Assembly (NCBI RefSeq): GCF_050920415.1
Contig: NZ_CP169309.1
Strand: one strand, 5' to 3'
DNA length: 64,000 nucleotides
Origin: Escherichia coli
Lineage (GTDB): Bacteria; Pseudomonadota; Gammaproteobacteria; Enterobacterales; Enterobacteriaceae
Positions 37,645 through 49,663 of this stretch are shown here, in pieces. How positions within the stretch are numbered: position 1 is the first letter of the stretch; each line of letters starts with the position of its first letter. The notes beneath the pieces are model-generated. The model did not search any database, was not told where the DNA came from, and worked only from the letters and a program-made list of their open reading frames with translations. A program made the translations under genes and the position numbers.

Positions 37645-38838
37645 TCAAATCTGTCGTAACTGCGCCTCAACATACAAATAGCCAATCCCCAGCACCTGCT
37701 GTGCGCGGCTTAATTGCCCAAAGCCAATCTGTGTCGCTTTCACGCTCGGTCCTTCGTCACGGTCGAACGGGTTAAATCCTGTCTGGCGAATAATGGAATT
37801 AAGCCAGTTCTCACCAAAGGCGCAGCTGCGACCATACAGCCAAATCTGATTAATATTGAGGATATTGAGGAAGTTATACAGACTCAAACCAATGGCGTTG
37901 GCACTGCGGTCAACCCAGCTGGTGATCCACGGTTCTCCACTCTGCCAGGCAGCGATTAATTGTGCGGTTGTCAATTTTTCAGGATCAAGCTGAGTATTAA
38001 CCGGTTGTGATTTTAGCCATACTCGCGCCTGTTTTTTTAATGCGCTTAACGAGGCGACGGTTTCCAGGCAGCCATAACGTCCACAGTCGCAGGCGACGCC
38101 ATCCGGATTAACGATGGTGTGACCAATCTGTCCGCTACCATACAAACTGCCGCGATAAATTTGCTCGTTAATCACGAACGACGAGCCAATACCGTAATCA
38201 ACGTTGATCACGCAGAAATCCCGTCCTTGCGAATTATTTTGCCATTTCTCCGCCAGCGCCAGCATCACGCAGTCATTATCGACCATCACCCGAATGCCCA
38301 GCTTCTCTTCCAGCAGATACTTCACCTCAACCGGTGTTGTCCACGGCGCTTGCGGCATGGTTTGCGACACGCCAGTCACTGGATCAACCTGACCGTGGAT
38401 AGCCAGCGCCAGGTTGATGGTACGGTCTGGCCACAGTTTACGATGGCGATGCCAGCATTTTTCGATTTCGGACAACAGAGCCTGCGGTGTCGGTGCATCA
38501 ATCTGAAAATATTCAAATTCGCCTTTCGGACTTAAACAGGCATTAGCGACCTGACACTCAATGCTGGTGGGCGTCACGTTCAGGCACAGCGTCCAGTCAC
38601 CTTCCGGCGCGATCAGCCATGTACCGCTACTGTGCCCGCGCGTCTGGCTTTCATCGTCGATATTCACCACCCGTTTTTCGCTTTCCAGCTCCTGCAAAAT
38701 ATTACTGACCGCTGGAATTGAAATTTGCGCCAGCCGGGCCAGCGTTGATTTATTGGCGCGCTTTTGCCGGTACAGCAGTTCCAGAATCACGCATTTGTTA
38801 TGGTGGCGAATCTGTTGATTATTAATGCAGGCTCTCAT
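37645..38838 (-). CDS. yphH: ROK-family (NagC/Mlc-like) transcriptional regulator YphH
   Basis: ORF 37645..38844; N-terminal HTH, ROK sugar-kinase-like core with CxCGxxGC zinc motif (CDCGRYGCLE). Confidence 0.85.
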   Translation of the reverse strand: MRACINNQQIRHHNKCVILELLYRQKRANKSTLARLAQISIPAVSNILQELESEKRVVNIDDESQTRGHSSGTWLIAPEGDWTLCLNVTPTSIECQVANACLSPKGEFEYFQIDAPTPQALLSEIEKCWHRHRKLWPDRTINLALAIHGQVDPVTGVSQTMPQAPWTTPVEVKYLLEEKLGIRVMVDNDCVMLALAEKWQNNSQGRDFCVINVDYGIGSSFVINEQIYRGSLYGSGQIGHTIVNPDGVACDCGRYGCLETVASLSALKKQARVWLKSQPVNTQLDPEKLTTAQLIAAWQSGEPWITSWVDRSANAIGLSLYNFLNILNINQIWLYGRSCAFGENWLNSIIRQTGFNPFDRDEGPSVKATQIGFGQLSRAQQVLGIGYLYVEAQLRQI

Positions 38839-38955
38839 CTTCACTAAACCTTGTTTAGTTAATTGCGTGATTATTCCGCGAAAACATTGCCAGATTGTTC
38901 AATACACTGCCACAAATCTTTTAATTCAGTATGTCTTGTTAATATTGAGGGCACT

Positions 38956-41900
38956 ATGACTCCAGTAAAAGTGTGGCAAGAGCGCGTTGAGATCCCGACT
39001 TATGAAACCGGGCCGCAGGATATACACCCTATGTTCCTGGAAAATCGCGTTTATCAGGGATCGTCCGGCGCGGTTTATCCCTACGGCGTGACCGATACGC
39101 TGAGCGAGCAGAAAGTCCTGAAATCCTGGCAAGCGGTGTGGCTGGAAAACGACTATATCAAAGTGATGATCCTGCCGGAGTTGGGCGGTCGGGTGCATCG
39201 CGCTTGGGATAAAGTGAAACAGCGCGATTTTGTCTATCACAATGAGGTGATTAAACCGGCGCTGGTAGGGCTATTGGGGCCGTGGATTTCGGGCGGGATT
39301 GAGTTTAACTGGCCACAACACCATCGCCCGACTACCTTTATGCCCGTTGATTTCACCCTCGAAGCCCATGAAGACGGCGCACAGACGGTGTGGGTCGGCG
39401 AAACGGAGCCGATGCACGGTTTACAGGTGATGACCGGTTTCACACTACGCCCTGACCGGGCGGCGCTGGAGATTGCCAGCCGCGTCTATAACGGCAATGC
39501 CACGCCGCGTCATTTCTTGTGGTGGGCCAACCCGGCAGTGAAAGGTGGCGAAGGGCATCAGAGCGTTTTCCCGCCGGATGTAACGGCGGTGTTTGATCAC
39601 GGCAAACGGGCTGTTTCAGCTTTCCCTATCGCTACCGGCACTTACTACAAAGTGGACTACTCCGCCGGAGTGGATATTTCTCGCTATAAAAATGTGCCAG
39701 TGCCGACTTCGTATATGGCCGAAAAATCGCAGTACGATTTTGTTGGCGCATGGTGTCACGATGAAGATGGCGGTTTGCTACACGTTGCCAACCACCACAT
39801 CGCGCCAGGTAAAAAACAGTGGAGCTGGGGACACAGTGAATTCGGCCAGGCGTGGGATAAGAGCCTGACCGACAATAACGGCCCGTATATCGAACTGATG
39901 ACGGGTATTTTTGCCGATAACCAGCCCGATTTTACCTGGCTTGATGCTTACGAAGAGAAGCGTTTCGAGCAGTATTTCCTGCCTTATCATTCTCTGGGCA
40001 TGGTGCAAAACGCCTCCCGCGATGCGGTGATTAAACTCCAGCGTAGCGAGCGGGGGATTGAGTGGGGGCTGTATGCCATCTCCCCGTTGAACGGATACCG
40101 GCTGGCGATCCGCGAAATCGGCAGATGCAACGCGTTACTCGACGATGCCGTGGCTCTGACACCAGCGAACGCCATTCAGGGCGTGTTGCATGGTATCAAT
40201 CCTGACAGACTAACCATTGAACTCTCCGATGCTGACGGCAATATCGTACTGAGTTATCAGGAACATCAGCCGCAAGAGTTGCCGTTGCCGGACGTCGCCA
40301 AAGCGCCACTGGCAGCACAAGAGATTACCAGTACAGATGAAGCCTGGTTTATCGGGCAGCATCTGGAGCAATATCATCATGCCAGCCGTTCCCCCTTCGA
40401 TTACTACCTGCGCGGCGTGGCGCTGGACCCGCTGGATTATCGCTGTAACCTGGCGTTGGCGATGCTGGAATATAACCGCGCCGACTTCCCGCAAACGGTG
40501 GCGTATGCCACTCAGGCGCTGAAACGCGCACATGCGTTGAACAAAAACCCGCAGTGCGGACAGGCGAGTTTAATTCGCGCCAGTGCTTACGAACGTCAGG
40601 GGCAATATCAACAAGCCGAAGAGGATTTCTGGCGTGCGGTCTGGAGCGGCAACAGTAAAGCGGGTGGCTATTATGGTCTGGCACGGCTGGCTGCGCGTAA
40701 TGGTAACTTTGACGCTGGTCTGGATTTTTGCCAACAAAGTCTTCGCGCCTGCCCAACCAATCAGGAAGTGCTTTGCCTGCATAACCTGCTGCTGGTGTTA
40801 AGTGGTCGTCAGGACAACGCGCGTTTGCAGCGAGAGAAGTTGCTGCGTGATTATCCGCTGAACGCCACTCTGTGGTGGCTGAACTGGTTCGATGGTTGTA
40901 GCGAATCTGCCCTCGTACAGTGGCGAGGTCTGTGTCAGGGACGCGACGTTAACGCCCTGATGACCGCCGGGCAACTGATTAACTGGGGCATGCCCGCTCT
41001 GGCGGCAGAGATGCTGAACGCACTGGACTGTCAGCGCACGCTACCGCTTTACCTGCAAGCCAGCTTGCTGCCGAAAGCTGAACGCGGCGAACTGGTCGCA
41101 AAAGCCATTGATGTTTTCCCGCAGTTTGTCCGTTTCCCTAATACGCTGGAAGAGGTTGCGGCGCTGGAGAGTATTGAAGAGTGCTGGTTTGCCCGGCATT
41201 TACTGGCCTGTTTCTACTACAACAAGCGCAGCTACGGCAAAGCAATTGCCTTATGGCAACGTTGCGTTGAGATGTCGCCGGAGTTTGCCGACGGCTGGCG
41301 TGGGCTGGCAATCCATGCGTGGAATAAGCAGCATGATTATGAACTGGCCGCGCGTTATCTTGATAGTGCTTATCAGCTTGCGCCGCAGGATGCTCGTCTG
41401 CTTTTTGAACGGGATTTGCTGGATAAGCTAACCGGAGCCGCACCGGAGAAACGACTGGCTCGTCTGGAAAATAATCTGGAAATTGCTCTGAAACGCGACG
41501 ACATGACCGCAGAATTGCTCAATTTGTGGCATCTCACTGGTCAGGCGGACAAAGCGGCAGACATTCTCGCCACGCGTAAATTCCATCCGTGGGAAGGCGG
41601 AGAAGGGAAAGTCACCAGTCAGTTTATCCTCAACCAGTTGTTACGCGCCTGGCAACACCTTGATGCCAGACAACTGCAGCAGGCCAGCGAACTGCTTCAT
41701 GCCGCGCTGCACTATCCGGAGAATTTAAGCGAAGGCCGTTTACCGGGGCAAACTGACAACGACATCTGGTTCTGGCAGGCGATATGTGCCAAAGCCCAGG
41801 GCGATGAAACTGCAGCAACGCGCTGTTTACGTCTGGCGGCGACTGGCGATCGCACCATTAACATTCACAGTTATTACAACGATCAACCGGTTGATTATCT

Positions 41901-42237
41901 CTTCTGGCAAGGGATGGCGTTGCGATTACTGGGCGAACAAAAAACCGCACAGCAACTGTTTAGTGAAATGAAACAGTGGGCGCAAGAGATGGCAAAAACC
42001 AGTATCGAAGCGGATTTCTTTGCCGTCTCGCAACCTGACTTGTTATCGCTGTATGGCGATTTACAACAGCAACATAAAGAAAAATGCCTGATGGTGGCGA
42101 TGCTGGCGGCCGCGGGATTAGGCGAGATTGCGCAATACGAATCTGCTCGCGCTGAATTGACGGCGATTAATCCGGCCTGGCCGAAAGCGGCATTATTCAC
42201 CACCGTGATGCCTTTTATTTTTAACCGCGTTCACTAA
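38956..42237 (+). CDS. yphG: Large uncharacterised protein YphG (N-terminal domain of unknown function plus C-terminal TPR-like helical repeats), 1093 aa
   Basis: ORF 38863..42237; start at ATG 38956 (MTPVKVWQERVEIP) after GAGGG; no signal peptide seen. Confidence 0.8.
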   Translation: MTPVKVWQERVEIPTYETGPQDIHPMFLENRVYQGSSGAVYPYGVTDTLSEQKVLKSWQAVWLENDYIKVMILPELGGRVHRAWDKVKQRDFVYHNEVIKPALVGLLGPWISGGIEFNWPQHHRPTTFMPVDFTLEAHEDGAQTVWVGETEPMHGLQVMTGFTLRPDRAALEIASRVYNGNATPRHFLWWANPAVKGGEGHQSVFPPDVTAVFDHGKRAVSAFPIATGTYYKVDYSAGVDISRYKNVPVPTSYMAEKSQYDFVGAWCHDEDGGLLHVANHHIAPGKKQWSWGHSEFGQAWDKSLTDNNGPYIELMTGIFADNQPDFTWLDAYEEKRFEQYFLPYHSLGMVQNASRDAVIKLQRSERGIEWGLYAISPLNGYRLAIREIGRCNALLDDAVALTPANAIQGVLHGINPDRLTIELSDADGNIVLSYQEHQPQELPLPDVAKAPLAAQEITSTDEAWFIGQHLEQYHHASRSPFDYYLRGVALDPLDYRCNLALAMLEYNRADFPQTVAYATQALKRAHALNKNPQCGQASLIRASAYERQGQYQQAEEDFWRAVWSGNSKAGGYYGLARLAARNGNFDAGLDFCQQSLRACPTNQEVLCLHNLLLVLSGRQDNARLQREKLLRDYPLNATLWWLNWFDGCSESALVQWRGLCQGRDVNALMTAGQLINWGMPALAAEMLNALDCQRTLPLYLQASLLPKAERGELVAKAIDVFPQFVRFPNTLEEVAALESIEECWFARHLLACFYYNKRSYGKAIALWQRCVEMSPEFADGWRGLAIHAWNKQHDYELAARYLDSAYQLAPQDARLLFERDLLDKLTGAAPEKRLARLENNLEIALKRDDMTAELLNLWHLTGQADKAADILATRKFHPWEGGEGKVTSQFILNQLLRAWQHLDARQLQQASELLHAALHYPENLSEGRLPGQTDNDIWFWQAICAKAQGDETAATRCLRLAATGDRTINIHSYYNDQPVDYLFWQGMALRLLGEQKTAQQLFSEMKQWAQEMAKTSIEADFFAVSQPDLLSLYGDLQQQHKEKCLMVAMLAAAGLGEIAQYESARAELTAINPAWPKAALFTTVMPFIFNRVH

Positions 42238-42333
42238 ACCTTATTAACTGTAATATTTGAGCGGCACGCGCTGCCGCTCACGCTCAAATAATTAAAATAA
42301 GCCGTTGTAAATAAAAACCCTACAGGAGGCACT

Positions 42334-43317
42334 ATGCCTAAAAAAATGAGAACAACCCGTAATCTATTATTAATGGCTACGCTATTAGGTAGCACACTAT
42401 TTGCCAACGCTGCGGATAAAGAAATGACCATTGGCGCAATATACCTTGATACCCAGGGATATTACGCTGGAGTGCGCCAGGGCGTTCAGGATGCGGCAAA
42501 AGATTCTTCAGTACAGGTACAGTTAATTGAAACTAACGCCCAGGGCGATATTTCGAAAGAAAGTACCTTTGTTGATACCCTCGTGGCGCGTAATGTCGAT
42601 GCCATTATTTTGTCGGCAGTGTCCGAAAATGGCAGTAGCCGCACCGTTCGCCGCGCCAGTGAGGCGGGTATTCCGGTGATTTGCTACAACACCTGTATTA
42701 ATCAAAAGGGTGTCGATAAATATGTCTCGGCATATCTGGTTGGCGACCCGCTGGAATTTGGTAAAAAACTGGGTAACGCTGCCGCCGATTATTTTATTGC
42801 CAACAAAATTGACCAGCCGAAAATTGCCGTCATCAATTGCGAAGCCTTTGAAGTTTGTGTGCAACGACGTAAAGGGTTTGAAGAAGTATTAAAAGCCCGC
42901 GTTCCCGGCGCGAAAATTGTCGCTAATCAGGAAGGGACTGTTTTAGATAAAGCGATTTCTGTTGGTGAAAAATTGATTATCTCCACGCCAGATCTCAACG
43001 CCATTATGGGGGAATCGGGGGGAGCGACACTCGGCGCGGTAAAAGCGGTACGTAATCAAAATCAGGCTGGAAAAATTGCCGTTTTCGGTTCGGATATGAC
43101 CACTGAAATTGCACAGGAACTGGAAAATAACCAGGTGCTGAAAGCGGTAGTGGATATTTCCGGTAAGAAAATGGGCAATGCTGTTTTCGCGCAAACATTG
43201 AAGGTTATCAATAAACAAGCCGACGGTGAAAAAGTGATTCAGGTGCCAATCGATCTCTATACCAAAACGGAAGACGGTAAACAGTGGCTGGCAACGCACG
43301 TTGATGGTCTGCCCTAA
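42334..43317 (+). CDS. yphF: Periplasmic sugar-binding protein of ABC transporter (YphF)
   Basis: 327-aa ORF with signal peptide, ribose/galactose-binding-protein-like. Confidence 0.85.
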   Translation: MPKKMRTTRNLLLMATLLGSTLFANAADKEMTIGAIYLDTQGYYAGVRQGVQDAAKDSSVQVQLIETNAQGDISKESTFVDTLVARNVDAIILSAVSENGSSRTVRRASEAGIPVICYNTCINQKGVDKYVSAYLVGDPLEFGKKLGNAAADYFIANKIDQPKIAVINCEAFEVCVQRRKGFEEVLKARVPGAKIVANQEGTVLDKAISVGEKLIISTPDLNAIMGESGGATLGAVKAVRNQNQAGKIAVFGSDMTTEIAQELENNQVLKAVVDISGKKMGNAVFAQTLKVINKQADGEKVIQVPIDLYTKTEDGKQWLATHVDGLP

Positions 43318-43339
43318 TCGCTGATTCGCAGAGGTCCCT

Positions 43340-44851
43340 ATGTTCACGGCAACAGAGGCAGTTCCGGTAGCAAAAGTGGTGGCAGGAAATAAGCGTTACC
43401 CCGGCGTCGTTGCGCTGGATAACGTTAACTTTACGCTCAATAAAGGCGAAGTTCGCGCGCTGTTAGGCAAAAACGGTGCGGGAAAATCGACCCTCATTCG
43501 AATGCTTACCGGTAGCGAACGTCCGGATAGCGGTGATATCTGGATTGGCGAGACGCGACTGGAAGGCGACGAAGCTACGCTGACTCGCCGTGCCGCTGAA
43601 CTGGGGGTACGCGCGGTTTATCAGGAATTAAGTCTGGTGGAAGGGCTGACAGTGGCGGAAAACCTCTGCCTCGGTCAGTGGCCCCGCCGCAACGGCATGA
43701 TTGATTACCTGCAAATGGCGCATGACGCCCAACGTTGCTTGCAGGCGTTGGGCGTTGACGTTAGTCCTGAACAACTTGTTTCGACACTAAGCCCGGCGCA
43801 AAAGCAACTGGTGGAAATTGCGCGGGTGATGAAAGGCGAGCCGCGCGTGGTCATTCTTGATGAACCCACCAGCTCGCTTGCCAGTACGGAAGTTGAACTG
43901 GTAATCAGCGCCGTGAAAAAAATGTCAGCACTGGGCGTGGCGGTGATTTATGTCAGCCACCGGATGGAAGAAATTCGCCGCATTGCCTCCTGTGCCACCG
44001 TTATGCGCGATGGTCAGGTGGCGGGCGATGTGATGCTCGAAAACACCTCAACCCGTCATATTGTGTCGCTGATGCTCGGGCGCGATCACGTTGATCTTGC
44101 ACCGGTTGTAGCTCAGGAGATTGCGGACCAGACCGTACTGGAAGTTCGCGCGTTACGCCACAGACCAAAACTTACGGAGATCAGTTTTTCCCTGCGTCGT
44201 GGCGAAGTGCTCGGCATTGCTGGCCTGCTGGGGGCAGGGCGCAGTGAATTGCTGAAGGCGATTGTTGGGCTGGAGACGTATGAACAGGGCGAAATTGTTA
44301 TCAACGGCGAGAAAATCACGCGCCCCGATTACGGCGAGATGCTGAAACGCGGTATTGGCTATACGCCAGAAAACCGCAAAGAAGCGGGGATCATTCCCTG
44401 GCTGGGCGTTGACGAAAATACGGTACTGACCAATCGGCAAAAAATCAGCGCCAACGGTGTGCTGCAATGGTCCACCATCCGCCGCCTGACCGAAGAGGTG
44501 ATGCAGCGGATGACGGTCAAGGCAGCCAGTAGCGAAACGCCTATTGGTACGCTTTCTGGCGGCAATCAGCAAAAAGTGGTGATCGGTCGTTGGGTCTATG
44601 CCGCCAGCCAGATTTTATTGCTCGACGAGCCAACGCGCGGCGTCGATATCGAAGCCAAACAGCAGATTTACCGTATTGTCCGCGAGCTGGCTGCCGAAGG
44701 GAAAAGCGTGGTGTTTATCTCCAGTGAAGTGGAGGAGTTGCCGCTGGTGTGCGACCGCATCCTGTTATTACAGCACGGTACGTTCTCGCAGGAGTTTCAC
44801 TCGCCGGTCAATGTGGATGAGCTGATGTCCGCCATTCTGTCTGTGCACTGA
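43340..44851 (+). CDS. yphE: Sugar ABC transporter ATP-binding protein with duplicated ATPase domains (YphE)
   Basis: 503-aa ORF; Walker A GKNGAGKST, signature LSGGNQQK, second NBD. Confidence 0.9.
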   Translation: MFTATEAVPVAKVVAGNKRYPGVVALDNVNFTLNKGEVRALLGKNGAGKSTLIRMLTGSERPDSGDIWIGETRLEGDEATLTRRAAELGVRAVYQELSLVEGLTVAENLCLGQWPRRNGMIDYLQMAHDAQRCLQALGVDVSPEQLVSTLSPAQKQLVEIARVMKGEPRVVILDEPTSSLASTEVELVISAVKKMSALGVAVIYVSHRMEEIRRIASCATVMRDGQVAGDVMLENTSTRHIVSLMLGRDHVDLAPVVAQEIADQTVLEVRALRHRPKLTEISFSLRRGEVLGIAGLLGAGRSELLKAIVGLETYEQGEIVINGEKITRPDYGEMLKRGIGYTPENRKEAGIIPWLGVDENTVLTNRQKISANGVLQWSTIRRLTEEVMQRMTVKAASSETPIGTLSGGNQQKVVIGRWVYAASQILLLDEPTRGVDIEAKQQIYRIVRELAAEGKSVVFISSEVEELPLVCDRILLLQHGTFSQEFHSPVNVDELMSAILSVH

Positions 44852-44875
44852 TGAATTTTACCGAGGAACCTGAAG

Positions 44876-45874
44876 ATGTCTGCTTCGTCATTATCATTGC
44901 CGCAGGGCAAGAGCGTCTCGCTCAAACAATTTGTCAGTCGCCATATTAATGAGATTGGTTTGCTGGTGGTAATCGCCATTCTTTATCTGGTCTTCTCCCT
45001 GAACGCACCGGGCTTTATCTCATTGAATAATCAGATGAACGTGCTGCGCGATGCTGCCACCATCGGGATTGCCGCCTGGGCAATGACGCTGATTATTATC
45101 TCCGGTGAAATTGATGTCAGTGTTGGACCGATGGTGGCTTTTGTCTCGGTGTGCCTGGCATTTTTGCTGCAATTTGACGTTCCACTGGCGATTGCTTGTC
45201 TGCTGGTGTTGCTGTTAGGCGCGCTGATGGGGACGCTGGCGGGCGTGCTGCGCGGCGTGTTTAACGTGCCCAGTTTCGTTGCCACGCTGGGGCTGTGGAG
45301 CGCCCTGCGCGGAATGGGGCTGTTTATGACTAATGCCCTGCCAGTGCCGATTGACGAAAACGAGGTACTGGACTGGCTGGGGGGACAATTTCTCGGTGTG
45401 CCAGTATCCGCGCTGATCATGATGGTGTTGTTTGCGCTGTTTGTGTTCATTAGCCGCAAAACCGCCTTCGGGCGCTCGGTTTTTGCTGTTGGCGGTAATG
45501 CCACGGCGGCGCAGTTGTGCGGTATTAATGTTCGTCGGGTACGCATTCTTATTTTTACCCTTTCGGGATTATTAGCGGCGGTGACCGGCATTTTGTTGGC
45601 GGCGCGCCTCGGTTCTGGTAACGCAGGTGCCGCAAACGGTCTGGAGTTTGACGTGATCGCCGCGGTCGTGGTTGGCGGTACGGCACTTTCCGGCGGTCGC
45701 GGTTCCTTGTTCGGTACGTTGCTTGGTGTGCTGGTGATTACGCTAATCGGTAACGGTCTGGTGCTGCTCGGGATTAACTCCTTTTTCCAGCAGGTGGTGC
45801 GCGGCGTCATCATCGTGGTGGCGGTGCTGGCGAATATCTTGCTGACCCAGCGTAGCAGTAAAGCGAAACGCTAA
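44876..45874 (+). CDS. yphD: Sugar ABC transporter permease (YphD)
   Basis: 332-aa polytopic membrane ORF, RbsC/AraH-like. Confidence 0.85.
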   Translation: MSASSLSLPQGKSVSLKQFVSRHINEIGLLVVIAILYLVFSLNAPGFISLNNQMNVLRDAATIGIAAWAMTLIIISGEIDVSVGPMVAFVSVCLAFLLQFDVPLAIACLLVLLLGALMGTLAGVLRGVFNVPSFVATLGLWSALRGMGLFMTNALPVPIDENEVLDWLGGQFLGVPVSALIMMVLFALFVFISRKTAFGRSVFAVGGNATAAQLCGINVRRVRILIFTLSGLLAAVTGILLAARLGSGNAGAANGLEFDVIAAVVVGGTALSGGRGSLFGTLLGVLVITLIGNGLVLLGINSFFQQVVRGVIIVVAVLANILLTQRSSKAKR

Positions 45875-45939
45875 ACCTTAACGCCCCTGGCGCGGGTGCG
45901 GCAGGGATGAAAATTAATCGTATTGTTAATGAGGGATTT

Positions 45940-47001
45940 ATGAAAACGATGCTGGCAGCTTATTTACCAGGAAATTCGACCGTCGATCTGCGGGAAGTTG
46001 CGGTGCCGACGCCGGGGATTAACCAGGTACTGATCAAAATGAAATCCTCCGGAATTTGCGGGAGCGATGTCCACTATATCTACCACCAGCACCGCGCTAC
46101 GGCGGCGGCACCCGATAAACCGTTATACCAGGGATTTATCAACGGTCATGAACCGTGCGGGCAGATTGTGGCGATGGGGCAAGGCTGCCGCCATTTTAAA
46201 GAGGGCGACCGCGTGCTGGTGTATCACATTTCTGGCTGTGGTTTTTGCCTGAACTGCCGTCGCGGTTTTCCTATCTCTTGTACTGGCGAAGGAAAAGCCG
46301 CTTACGGCTGGCAGCGTGATGGCGGTCATGCCGAATACCTGCTGGCGGAAGAAAAAGATCTGATCCTCCTGCCGGATGCGTTGAGCTACGAAGATGGTGC
46401 GTTTATCAGTTGTGGCGTTGGCACAGCGTATGAAGGGATTTTGCGCGGCGAAGTTTCCGGCAGTGATAACGTGCTGGTGGTCGGTCTGGGGCCGGTCGGC
46501 ATGATGGCGATGATGCTGGCGAAAGGTCGCGGTGCAAAAAGGATCATCGGCGTTGATATGCTGCCGGAACGTCTGGCGATGGCGAAACAGTTAGGGGTGA
46601 TGGATCACGGCTATTTAGCAACGACCGAAGGCCTGCCGCAGATTATCGCCGAACTCACCCACGGTGGCGCGGATGTTGCGCTCGATTGTTCCGGTAATGC
46701 CGCAGGTCGCTTACTGGCGTTGCAATCCACTGCTGACTGGGGACGGGTGGTTTACATCGGGGAAACCGGAAAAGTGGAGTTCGAGGTTAGCGCTGATCTG
46801 ATGCATCATCAACGGCGGATTATTGGCTCCTGGGTGACCAGTCTGTTCCATATGGAAAAATGCGCCCACGATTTAACGGACTGGAAACTGTGGCCGCGTA
46901 ACGCCATTACCCACCGCTTCACGCTGGAACAGGCAGGTGATGCCTATGCGCTGATGGCGAGCGGCAAATGCGGGAAAGTTGTGATTAACTTCCCGGATTA
47001 A
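45940..47001 (+). CDS. yphC: Zn-dependent medium-chain alcohol/polyol dehydrogenase (YphC)
   Basis: ORF 45907..47001; start at ATG 45940 (353 aa); GHEPCG zinc ligand motif and GLGPVG Rossmann motif. Confidence 0.85.
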   Translation: MKTMLAAYLPGNSTVDLREVAVPTPGINQVLIKMKSSGICGSDVHYIYHQHRATAAAPDKPLYQGFINGHEPCGQIVAMGQGCRHFKEGDRVLVYHISGCGFCLNCRRGFPISCTGEGKAAYGWQRDGGHAEYLLAEEKDLILLPDALSYEDGAFISCGVGTAYEGILRGEVSGSDNVLVVGLGPVGMMAMMLAKGRGAKRIIGVDMLPERLAMAKQLGVMDHGYLATTEGLPQIIAELTHGGADVALDCSGNAAGRLLALQSTADWGRVVYIGETGKVEFEVSADLMHHQRRIIGSWVTSLFHMEKCAHDLTDWKLWPRNAITHRFTLEQAGDAYALMASGKCGKVVINFPD

Positions 47002-47012
47002 GGAGTCAGCGG

Positions 47013-47885
47013 ATGACCATCTATACCTTATCTCACGGGCCGCTAAAGCTGGACGTTTCTGACCGGGGCGGCGTCATCGAAGGCTTCTGGCGTGACGCGA
47101 CGCCGCTCTTACGTCCCGGTAAAAAAAGCGGTGTGGCAACCGATGCCTCTTGTTTTCCGCTGGTGCCGTTTGCAAACCGGGTGAGTGGCAACCGTTTTGT
47201 CTGGCAGGGGCGTGAGTATCAACTGCAACCGAATGTTGAGTGGGATGCGCACTATCTGCACGGCGACGGCTGGCTGGGGCAGTGGCAATGTGTCTCGCGC
47301 AGCGATGATAGCTTGTGTCTGGTGTATGAACATCGCAGCGGTGTTTATCACTATCGGGTAAGTCAGGCGTTTCATTTAACGGCAGATACGCTGACGGTGA
47401 CGCTCTCTGTCACCAATCAAGGGGCAGAGACGCTGCCATTTGGTACCGGCTGGCATCCTTATTTTCCGTTGTCACCACAAACGCGGATTCAGGCGCAGGC
47501 GAGCGGTTACTGGCTGGAACGGGAGCAGTGGCTGGCGGGGGAGTTTTGCGAGCAGCTACCGCAGGAGCTGGATTTCAACCAGCTCGCGCCGTTGCCGCAC
47601 CAGTGGGTGAACAATGGCTTTGCCGGATGGAATGGTCAGGCCCGCATTGAGCAGCCGCAGGAGGGTTATGCCATCATCATGGAAACGACGCCACCTGCAC
47701 CATGTTATTTCATCTTTGTTTCCGACCCGGCGTTTGATAAAGGATATGCGTTTGATTTCTTCTGTCTGGAACCGATGAGCCATGCGCCGGATGACCATCA
47801 TCGCCCGGAAGGAGGTGACCTCATTGCGCTTGCGCCGGGGGAATCAACAACGTCAGAGATGTCGTTGCGGGTTGCGTTACTGTAA
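47013..47885 (+). CDS. yphB: Aldose 1-epimerase family protein (YphB)
   Basis: 290-aa ORF, galactose mutarotase-like fold inferred from family assignment of YphB. Confidence 0.8.
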   Translation: MTIYTLSHGPLKLDVSDRGGVIEGFWRDATPLLRPGKKSGVATDASCFPLVPFANRVSGNRFVWQGREYQLQPNVEWDAHYLHGDGWLGQWQCVSRSDDSLCLVYEHRSGVYHYRVSQAFHLTADTLTVTLSVTNQGAETLPFGTGWHPYFPLSPQTRIQAQASGYWLEREQWLAGEFCEQLPQELDFNQLAPLPHQWVNNGFAGWNGQARIEQPQEGYAIIMETTPPAPCYFIFVSDPAFDKGYAFDFFCLEPMSHAPDDHHRPEGGDLIALAPGESTTSEMSLRVALL

Positions 47886-47895
47886 TTTATAAAAT

Positions 47896-47925
47896 GCCGG
47901 ATAAGGCGTTCACGCCGCATCCGGC
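47896..47925. repeat. REP element between yphB and yphA
   Basis: gccggataaggcgttcacgccgcatccggc. Confidence 0.75.
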
Positions 47926-47932
47926 ATCTTTC

Positions 47933-48355
47933 CTAACGCCGATCGAGAGAAATTGCCCCCGGCCCGGTAATTGCCAACAGCAGGAATGCGCCAGCGATAC
48001 TGACATTCTTCCAGAAATTAATCATATTTGGCCCAACCGCATCGCCGGTCATATCCCAGTAATGGTGACCAATCACCGCCGTACCCAGCGTGTAGAAAAT
48101 AAACAGCACCGCCAGCGGACGGGTGAAAAAGCCAAGCACGATTAAAATCGCGGCGGGCACTTCCATAACTACCGCAATAATCGCTGCCAGCATCGGCATT
48201 GGCGCGCCCAGCGAGGCCATATATTGGACCGTACCGTCAAAGCCCATCATTTTGGGAAAACCAAAAATAATGAAAATTAAGACCACGGCGATACGGGCAA
48301 TTAATAACAAAACGGGGCGGGCAGCACCAAAATCAAAATAACGTAGTGTGTTCAT
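47933..48355 (-). CDS. yphA: DoxX-family inner membrane protein YphA
   Basis: ORF 47933..48400 (GTG); start at ATG 48355 gives 140 aa; four predicted TM helices. Confidence 0.8.
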
Positions 48356-48451
48356 AACCAATCCCTTTGCAAGATAATGTGATTTAAACGTAATACACAC
48401 TCTGGTACCTCGCCACGCCCCAGGCGTTGAGATATTCGCTAATTATCCTGG

Positions 48452-49663
<1,212 letters not shown>

